The position numbers were made by a program, and so were the translations under genes. Of a DNA stretch of 64,000 nucleotides, positions 54,786 through 64,000 are shown piece by piece (the stretch's first letter is position 1; every line of letters starts with the position of its first letter). The notes under the pieces were generated by a model that was given only the letters and a program-made list of their open reading frames with translations, was not told where the DNA came from and made no database searches. The stretch is from Lytechinus pictus (taxonomy: Eukaryota). Location: NCBI RefSeq assembly GCF_037042905.1, contig NC_087245.1, positions 35,900,001 to 35,964,000 on the forward strand, read 5' to 3'.

Positions 54786-55243
54786 TGGATCAGGCCGTTG
54801 ATTCTGTAATGGAAGTTAGTCTTCTTTGCGGACATGGTGTAGGGTGATCCTGATCCTTGTGCTGTGACTCGATTACGCTCATTGGACAAGGTCTGTTAAC
54901 CAAAGACAAATACCTCGTGTCAATCATCACAGCATGATGGTGTCATATAGGCCTCTACCTTTAGCCTTTCCACTGCAGGTTCATCGGATTAAATGACAAC
55001 ACGCATCGGAGCGACGACCGGTGAAGAGAAGGCATACTGGCCCGGGTCCGTAGGCGGCGAGGGTTAGCAGCGTGGGCATCAGACAACGTCATACCGTTGT
55101 ATCCATCAAAAACGATACAGTTTTCTTTGGGTGTTGTTTTCTATTCTATATGGCACGTGTGCTCCGTAGACGTGATATAGGCTTATTAGCATACATAGTG
55201 CTGATGTATACGCAGATCATACATTGTAGGAAAATGAGAACTT

Positions 55244-55400
55244 GGGTCCGTTTCATAATGGACTTGCAACTGTTGTAACTTTGCCATTATCGCAACTACC
55301 ATGGTAACCTTGATTCTGATTGGCTGCTGAGCCCTGTTACCATGGTAGTTGCCATTATGGCAAAGTTACAACAGTTGCAAGTCCTTTATGAAACGGGCCC
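55244..55400 (+). mobile_element. Palindromic MITE family B, copy 2
   Basis: GGGTCCGTTTCATAA...TTATGAAACGGGCCC; near-identical to 33835-33989. Confidence 0.9.
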
Positions 55401-55963
55401 CTTATCTGGTGAGATTCGCCAATACGTAAATAGGGCAGAAGTAAATATAGGACTTATAGAAAAACAGCAAGACTTCAACTTAAATCTGACTTTTATTTTT
55501 GACCTTTAAGACAAATGAGCCGTATGATAACTGTTCTTAAACGAATCGATCTATTTACTTGTGTTTGTTTACTCTTTCTGTTTTTTTAAAGAGGTTTGTT
55601 AAACAGAAAACAGTAAATCTAAGCCAAGAAACTACTTAATGCCGCATATTCAATGTCATAGCTGTTAGGATTATAGGCCTGCAAATGCTATTACGACAAC
55701 AACGTATTAAATAAAAGCATTATGCAGTTCATCTAAGAAAATAAACCCAAAATCAGACATTTCTTGTAGTTAAATAGGGAATCTATGATCCTATAACTGA
55801 AATTCATTCCTACATGAAAATTATTTAGTTTCTTAAGAGAGCAAATCAAAGTAGACTAACGACAAAAGGCAATTCTCCTTTGATATCAAACACGTTGAAA
55901 AGGAAAACTATTCATGTTTCATTTGCATGTATATGACAAGTAACATTAAGTGGCGTGTCTACT

Positions 55964-56147
55964 GGTTGGTGTTTAAATAAAGCTATTCGTAAGTTAAGAG
56001 CGACTTTAAGAACGACTGGTGATCCTTTCTTATGGTAAATGAATTTCACCATTAAGAGTTTAATGGTGATTATTTAGCGGGTAAGAAAGGTTCACCAGTC
56101 GCTCTTAAAGTCGCTCTGAACTTACGACGTCTTTATTAAACGCCCCC
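55964..56147. mobile_element. Palindromic MITE family A, copy 2 (spacer inverted relative to copy 1)
   Basis: Same arms as 13758-13942. Confidence 0.88.
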
Positions 56148-58288
56148 TGGTCTCTTGACTGCATGTGCAGTAAAAAGGTATACTGGTTATATGAAAGTCC
56201 GTAAGGCAGAAGGATGGCATCGCGATGCCAGGGGCAACCCTGTCATTCCTTTTCAAGTTGATACAGATATAATACAATATAGAGAAGAAGGGAAGCAAAA
56301 AATTGAGAAATAAGGAATGAAACAATTGACAAGAGATGTCTTGTTCATTGAGTCTTATTTCATTCAGACAAAAATGGCTTTGATTAGGTCGTATGGATCC
56401 CCGATCTAAATTGCATGGCGCAGTCACTAATGTATGACAATACCTTGCTCATGTTTGTGTTGTATAATTATTCAGAATATCACAAAGATAGGTCTCAATT
56501 TGCAATAGATCTTCCATAGACCAATCCACCGAAGTGTAAACCATCCAGTCTCACCGTGCACCTTCGTGTGGCATTCTAGAAGCAGTTTGAAACATAGCTG
56601 GATTAAGTTATAGTAACTTTATTAAGTCATAAATACTAAGAGCGCCTTATTGAACGAGACAACCTTCGAGGTACATTCCTGGAATGAACATTGCGGAACA
56701 GGTGCAGAGCGAGTCATCGACACCATTCACATCCAATTATTAAGCCCAATCCTATCATTACCAACCCCATAGATTAGTATACTGGATTTTGTTTGTTATC
56801 ATAGTTAAAGAATCAATAGGTCAAATTTATTACATAACTTGGAAGTATAGAGTTTTGATTTGCATTTCGTTTTATTTTACAAAACCTTAAGCAATTATTA
56901 ACACTCAATGAAATAAGTGACGTATGATTATTTTAATCGGATTATATGCCAAAACAAATGATTAGTTCACACCTACATACTTATGATGCTGTCCTTAAAA
57001 ATCAGAAGATTGAACTTATAAAAAAACACACTCACTTTGTTTCTGTGTTAGTAAGAAATGTTAGCGCGCCTGAGATAATACAATATTTAATGAGTTTTAA
57101 ATTTTGATAAAAGTGAATTCAGCGCCAGTGTTTTTGTTGCATTTTTTAAAGATATTATTTGAACATTCATGTATCATGTGTGTTTATAATATGCAGCATT
57201 CTTTGGTGACTTTTGCATGCTAAGAGTTAAATTGCGTGGTTAGCATTATGCTCTTTTATTTTTCAAAAACATTTATAAATGGAGTAAATTGAATAGTATA
57301 TATTCCAATGTGAACGGGTCCGTCAGAACACTTCCAGCAGGTCGGTATAGTCAGACGACTTGAGGAATCTAGCAGAGTAACAATCTATTTTTATGAAATG
57401 CCTCAGCATATTTAATATTCCATTATAGACTCTTAGAAGCTGTTCGCTGCTTTGGAAGGCCTTTAGGCAGTAGGGAATGGAGTATGAATTTCAAATCAAG
57501 GCTTTTGGAGGACAGACGAGTGTTATATTAGGAGCTGTGTTTACACATCTGAAGTAGATCGAAGTTTAATAGTAATCTTCACCATGATATAGCGAGGAAA
57601 GACACCGTGAAACATTTGCAAGGTATTCTGGGGATTCGAAGTTTGGTGCGAAAGGTAAACAAAAAAAATATTAGATTTACTCACTTAGCTGAAAACCCTT
57701 TTTCAAGAAATTGCAGATTAGGAAGATCGTGTGTCAAAACGAAGCTTGAAATTAATTATCCTAATATGTCTTTTTAAAGGCCTTTCTCTTTTATTTCTAC
57801 ACTTTGGTCAAATGCTTTAAACTGCAGCAAATCGTTTTCAGGGAAATAAACAAAGCTATTAAACCTGGGGTAAACCTTTGCAACAAAGAACAAATAGTCC
57901 ACTCATTATAGAGCGCCATTAATCTTTCTCGCCTCCTCAGTCAAATGGCGCTTTGATATTGTGCAATTATACAAATCAATTTCGCATTTGAATTATGCCT
58001 AATGATTTCTTCCTTGACTTACTTTATGACATCATCCATTAGATCGAGTCACAGAGAATACCATACAGCACTTCATAAATCACTTGGCTTAAGTATATCA
58101 TCATCGCAAAGATATGAATGGATAAATAAACGAGTGAATACATAACAAACGAATTGAATAAATCTATCAATGTTTCTTTTCCCAAAAAATAAACAAACAT
58201 GATAACTGTGGAATGTTAACTAATAGTATAGAATTCCCCTTTTCTGACGTTTTTAAGCTATGACTGTCAGAAATTATGAAAAAATGGA

Positions 58289-59570
58289 CCTGGCAACCAA
58301 CAATTAATAGTACCTTTACATCAGAGTAATTAAGCCCAGCAATCAATAATTATAAGTATCTTTACATCAGGGTAAGATAAGCCTGGCAATCAATAATTAT
58401 TAGTAATTTTACATCATAGTAAGATAAGCCCAGCAATCAATAATTAATAGTACCTTCACATCAGAGTAAGATAAGCCCAGCAACCAATCATTAATAGTAT
58501 CTTTACGTCAGAGTAAGATAAACCTGTCAATCAATAATTAATAGTAACTTTACATCAGAGAAAGATAAGCCTGCCAATCAATTATTATTAGTTACTTCAC
58601 ATCAGAGTTATTCAAGCCTGGCAGTCAATAATTAATAGTAACTTTACATCAGAGTAAGATAAGCCTGGCAATCAAAAAATATCAGTTACTTCACATTAGA
58701 GTTATTCAAGCCTGGCAATCAATAATTATATGTAACTTTACACCAGAGTAAGATTAACCTGGCAATCAATTAATGTTAATTACTTCACATCAGAGTTAGA
58801 TAAACCTGGCAATCAATAATTAACAGTAACTTTACATCAGAGTAAGATAAACCCGGCAATCAATAATTTACAGTAACTTTACATCAGAGTAAGATAAGAA
58901 AGGCAATCAATAATTAACAGTAACTTTACATTAGAGTAGAATAAGCCTGGCACTCAATAATTAAAAGTAACTTTACATCAGGGTAAGGTAAGCCTGGCAA
59001 TCAATAATTAATAGTAACTTTACACCAGAGTAAGATAAACCTGGCAATCAATAATTTACAGTAACTTTACATCAGGGTAAGATAAGAAAGGCAATCAATA
59101 ATTAACAGTAACTTTACACCAGGGTAAGATAAGCCTAGCACTCAATAATTAATAGTAACTTTACATCCGAGTAAGATAAACCTGGCAATCAATAATTATT
59201 TGTAACTTTAAATCAGAGTTAGATACACCTGGCAATAAATAATTATTAGTAACTTTACATCCGGGTAAGATAATCCTGGCACTCAATTATTAATAGTAAC
59301 TTTACATCAGAGTAAGATCAACCTGGCAATCAATAATTAATAGTAACTTCACATCAGAGTGAGATAATCCTGGCAATCAATAATTAACAGTAACTTTGCA
59401 TCCGAGTAAGATAAACCTGGCAATCAATAATTATTAGTAACTTTACATCAGGGTAAGATAATCCTGGCAATCAATAATTAAAAGTAAATTTACATCAGAG
59501 TAAGATAAACCTGGCACTCAATAATTAACAGTAACTTTACATCAGGGTAAGATAGGCCTAACAATCAGTA
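58289..59570. repeat. 47-bp minisatellite, ~27 copies
   Basis: Consensus CCTGGCAATCAATAATTAATAGTAACTTTACATCAGAGTAAGATAA(G/A); equivalent positions recur at 58337, 58384 and 58431. Confidence 0.97.
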
Positions 59571-60334
59571 TTTTTGTATTTCTTGCATCAAATTAATGGA
59601 TATCGTCATCAGATTCTACGAAACAAGATATAAAAAGTGTAAAGACTCTTCAGCATTTGCTGTTCGTTAATATTATCTAAGTTTTTACAAGGTTGATATA
59701 AATTCGAATGATGTCTTTGGTTATGTAGAATATTTTCGATTATTATCATTATATATACATATCATACCGACCATATTCAAAGTGTTTATTGCTTCATAGA
59801 CCACACAACAATCCGATATCTATTAAGATTCTGCTGTGAATACTTGATCACGCATGCAATAATTTTATTACCCCTTCTACTGTGATCGCTCCTGGCTAAT
59901 TTCCAGAGAGTTAAAGGTGGGTGGTTTGTCCCTTTGAACTGGTAGAAGTATCTCAGGGGGATCACCGCGGGTCACTAGGCCATGGCAGAATTATTTTCTC
60001 AGCAAAATGCTGGAGTTAAATCTACCCGACATAATAAGGATAATGGTGTCCTCAACGGGACGTCACGTGATTACGCAAAGGAGCGGAAAATCGGACGCAC
60101 CGACCTCCTAATTGTCTATCATGAAAGTGCAGAGTATGATTCGATAACGTATTCAAGTCACAGTCAAAGTCGTATTTCTCAAGGATCATTTACTCCAAGA
60201 GTTCATTAAAGGTCCGATTCGAAGAAAATAACTTTCTTTCATGATGGTTCTCGTTCATTATTGATGTACCAATAACAATGAGAAATAGTTCATAGTTTCA
60301 TCCAGGGTAACTAGCTCTGCGTCTGATCTGCCAA

Positions 60335-60453
60335 GGCTGCGGTCACATCAACTCGACACAACCGACTCCAAACCGATAGATGATATGTCATTTAGAACAG
60401 TGCAAATATATATTTGATCGGTCTGGAGTTGAATTCGTTAATATGACTGTCCC
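60335..60453. mobile_element. Hairpin MITE (13316-13426 family)
   Basis: GGCTGCGGTCACA..AACCGACTCCAAACCGATAGATGATATGTCATT...TTTGATCGGTCTGGAGTTG..ATGACTGTCCC. Confidence 0.75.
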
Positions 60454-61188
60454 ATTATCTTTAATTTGAAATGCCAAGTTTATGCATTTAGCATTGTGTG
60501 TGCATACTACAATCAATTTCTTGCTCGCATCTGCTCGGCAGAAATATACCAAAATCTCTTTCGTTTATCAGCATAAATTTTCAAAATAATCTAAAGTTAT
60601 AAAACAGTACGAAATCATTCGAAAAAATGAAATACGGCAGCGCATTTTCTCATGCACCAGAACGAGTTAAATTATTCGCGCTGCAACGAGCTCGATTGAT
60701 TCAAAGCGCCCGCGATCATCACGATGTTTATTTCTCCACTACGCCAGTATTTCGACGGGTTTATTACACTAATAAATCAGCATCCATAATACTTAAGGCA
60801 TTGACAAAAAATAAGTGTTATCAAAGAGGATCCAATGGTGATTTTCAGTAGGACACAATGGTGTATGCTGTCTGTCGGGATATTATTGTGAATAAAATAT
60901 GATACACAGACTAATCATCAATATCAAAATGTATTCATATTACAATAAAAATGATGCGTCGATATTACGGATCGAAATGGTAAACACTAACGGAAGATCA
61001 TTTGCCATGTTTGTCGTATCATGCGAATGATACAGAAATGGTAAAGGTTGAGATGTTTACCAGATATGGATTAAAAAAGGAAAATGTTCCTCGGTCGAAA
61101 TATTGAGTATGATGCATGTTTTACTGATATACTTTCGTGCAATATCGTGTAAATTTACACGTTTGGCGTTATTTGCTGCTGAGAAGAA

Positions 61189-61768
61189 CACAGTGTGTTC
61201 ACAGTGTGTTCATAGTGTGTTCATAGTGTGTTCACAGTGTGTTCACCGTGTGTTCATAGTGTGTTCATAGTGTGTTCACAGTGTGTTCACAATGTGTTCA
61301 CAATGTGTTCACAGTGTGTTCATAGTGTGTTCACAGTGCACTGTAAAAAATGAAGTGCTATTTTAGTACTTAAAGTGCTTGTATAGTGACTGCACTACGA
61401 GTGCTGATTTTCTAGCTTAAATTTGAACTAAAAAATCAGCACTCGTAGTGCAGTCACTATACAAGCACTGTAGGTGGTAAATTAGCACTTCATTTTTACA
61501 GTGTGTGATTACAGTGTGTTCACAGTGTGTTCATAGTGTGTTCATAGTGTGTTCACAGTGTGTTCATAGTGTGTTCACAGTGTGTTCATAGTGTGTTCAC
61601 AGTGTGTTCACAATGTGTTTACAGTGTGTTCATAGTGTGTTCACAGTGTGTTCATAGTGTGTTCATAGTGTGTTCACCGTGTGTTCACAGTGTGTTCATA
61701 GTGTGTTCACAGTAAGTTCACAATGTGTTCACAGTGTGTTCAAAATATGTTTACAGTGTGTTCACCTA
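61189..61768. repeat. 11-bp minisatellite (CA[C/T]AGTGTGTT)n interrupted by a MITE
   Basis: About 13 units left and about 24 units right of the insertion at 61339-61503. Confidence 0.95.
61339..61503. mobile_element. Palindromic CACTG-ended MITE, copy 2
   Basis: CACTGTAAAAAATG...CATTTTTACAGTG with TG/TG 2-bp flanks; homologous to 45422-45587. Confidence 0.92.
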
Positions 61769-61809
61769 TGAGAAGAAGTGATTCACATTGTTCAAATAAA
61801 AAAATCGTC

Positions 61810-62481
61810 GGCGGTCATCCGAACCGTCGTATCACTCATACCACGGTGCAAACCCATTTCAGAGAAAATCGATTTCAAAGTTGACTATAATTTTCACACT
61901 TAGTTTCCCAGCCTTACAACATATCATATTCATCGCTAGAGAAATACATGGTTGGAAAGACCAAGACAATTGCTTGACATTGGTATCCTTATTTTCACAC
62001 AAAACCAAGGATTGGAGAAAATATCGCAAAAGTGCTGCTGTAATTTCGGTTTGAGCGATTTAGATTTTCCCTGTACAAAAACGCCATGGAAAAAATGTGA
62101 TACGACGTTTTGACTGACCGCGATTTCAATGCGCGCGATCAGTCAAGCGTCGTATCGCTTTTGCACATGCTTAGTCACTGCAGTGCCGGTACGACGGTTT
62201 GGCTGACCGCGCGCATTGAAATCGCGGTCAGTCAAAACGTCGTTTCGCTCTGTTGCTCTGCTACAGTACACGTTTCCAATATGATTTACGCATTTTATAA
62301 AAAAAATTGTATGACATCGCGGTGAAAATCCCCTCATATCTCAGAAGCTAAAATGAATTGCATCCTATAAATTTAGTTATGAATAGAATAGGACTTGTAT
62401 TTTCATTTTCTGCAAAAATCTCAAAATCATTTTTTTTTGGGGGGGACCAAAATTGACTAATACGACGGTTCGGATAACGCC
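61810..62481. mobile_element. ~670-bp non-autonomous TIR element with an internal double hairpin
   Basis: TIR GT(C/T)ATCCGAACCGTCGTAT at both ends; internal inverted repeat at 62099-62246. Confidence 0.8.
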
Positions 62482-63472
62482 AATGAAATGTGAAAGTGTG
62501 CATATGTTTTCAAACTGTGGACTTCAATCACGTGATAATTAAAAGTGTGTACATGGGGATGTGGTTGAGGAAGATAATAATGTGTGGAGGAAAAATTGAC
62601 AGGTCACAAAGAAATGCCCAATGTAAGTAGCTAAAACCTTCGAAAATGCATCAAGTGTTATATACCGCATTTAAACAAGTGTTTAGGGAATTACGAAGTA
62701 TGTACATGTATTTATCAGTTTGTAACTGCTTCAGAGAAAAGTACTTCATAACATTATATGAGAAAATATCATTCTTATCACAAGTATTTTTAAACATCGA
62801 ACGTAAGGTTTGGTTGGTTGTTTTAATATGCATTACATCAGTGTGGAGCAGAGTCCTGTTAGATGATCCCAGCTTTCTACTTTGTTGATTGATGTAATTG
62901 GCGCCCAACTACACAATACGCTTTCTCAATCAAGCGGACAGCGAAATCCCCCCACTCACCGCCGCAAGAAAAATTAGTTTTACGATTGATTGATTTTTGG
63001 GGTTGCTTGCCGCCCCCAAGGCAAAAAAGGCATCATGAGACAGCATGAAATATGCATTATTTGGGGGGGGGTAATTAGCCCGAAAAAATTGGCTTCGAAA
63101 ATAGCGCTGATCTAATGAGGCAGAAAAACAACCCTAGCTGATAACTTGAATGCTGTCTGCCTGACGCATGAAAAGAGAGATGTATAACTCACAGTTGATA
63201 AAAAAAATGGGCAATCTTAAAATGAACATTATAATGATTATGGCGTTGTGGTTGCCGAGTTTACAGTAAGCATTATGCTATGATTAGAATTTGATAAATT
63301 AGGAGGGATGATGCAGCAAAGTAAACTGTGTAAAGTAGGTCAGTTGTGTTATGATGAAAAAGAGCTAGGTCAATACTGATGTGAATTAAAAAAAAAACGA
63401 AAGGAATCGGGTCATTGATATTCATGAGTAAGTCCTAGTAACTATAATACGTGTAGTTAATGGTATCGATGA

Positions 63473-63873
63473 TTCGAAGTTTTAAACTGCCATCTACTTG
63501 ACGAGATAATGAGACGATCTAGCCATGCCATTTTGATGACGTCATTATGCCAAAACTTGGACATATTTCATCTTGATATGTCGACTTAATATTCTTATTG
63601 TGTCGACGTGCTAAAATATATTTTCTTGCCCAGTTATATACGTCGTCATTGTGGGTTGTATTATCGTTATCTACTAAATATCTCACCGTGACCATGATGG
63701 CGGCATGTAACTTTGCATAAGTTGACTCGGCAAGATAACGTGTCTCTTCACAACGTGGTTTACGTCGACTTGGCAAGATTACGTATCTTTCCATGTCGAC
63801 CTTATAAAGCCTTTCAGGCGATACTGTAGGGCAAAGTATTTCATAAAGTAGATGCCACTTTAAAGCTTCCGTA
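63473..63873. mobile_element. Degenerate MITE with ~26-bp TIRs and internal GTCGAC repeats
   Basis: GAAGTTTTAAACTGCCATCTACTT versus the reverse complement of the right end, GAAGCTTTAAAGTGGCATCTACTT; several TGTCGACTT-like motifs inside. Confidence 0.65.
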
Positions 63874-64000
63874 GGTATACATGAGAATAGTCCTAGTAAC
63901 TATAATATATGACAGTATCGATTTTACTGTCTGAACTTTAAGTGTATATGGTTCCTACGTATACGGGAGTGTTGTGAACAGCCCATCTGATGGACATCGT

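Noticed and set aside
54966..55050. Plus-strand acceptor followed by FIGLND (resembling C-type lectin WIGLND)
   Set aside because: All three frames stop within ~46 nt and no other lectin motifs are present.
58289..59570. CRISPR-like array
   Set aside because: Units are contiguous with no unique spacers; there are no cas genes and the context is eukaryotic.
59714..59778. miR-9-like sequence TCTTTGGTTATGTAG
   Set aside because: It diverges from miR-9 after about 11-15 nt and has no convincing precursor hairpin.
61189..61768. Functional RAG recombination signal array
   Set aside because: Only heptamers are present; no ACAAAAACC-like nonamer at 12/23 spacing and no gene segments.

Overview
AT-rich eukaryotic (metazoan) non-coding DNA: a repeat-dense gene desert or very large intron. 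An invertebrate deuterostome such as a sea urchin is suggested by the style of the MITEs, SINE and L2 elements, but this is inference only. No intact protein-coding gene, rRNA, true tRNA or CRISPR array can be supported. The long ORFs in the track are microsatellite or repeat artefacts. What is supported: (i) decayed L2-type LINE 3' fragments and a full-length tRNA-Gln-like SINE with an L2-type tail; (ii) many non-autonomous TIR elements, several multi-copy and nested, with TTAA (Kolobok-like), 8-bp (hAT-like) and 2-bp (CACTA/EnSpm-like) target duplications, plus Harbinger-like palindromic MITEs; (iii) a 47-bp x ~27 minisatellite, an 11-bp CACAGTG-containing minisatellite and long microsatellites; (iv) unique, motif-rich islands (six perfect CREs, RFX X-boxes, TATA boxes) and one candidate minus-strand start exon (MAAMLFK). 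The best leads are regulatory or transposon-biology hypotheses, not a demonstrated new system. All coordinates and alignments were read by eye.
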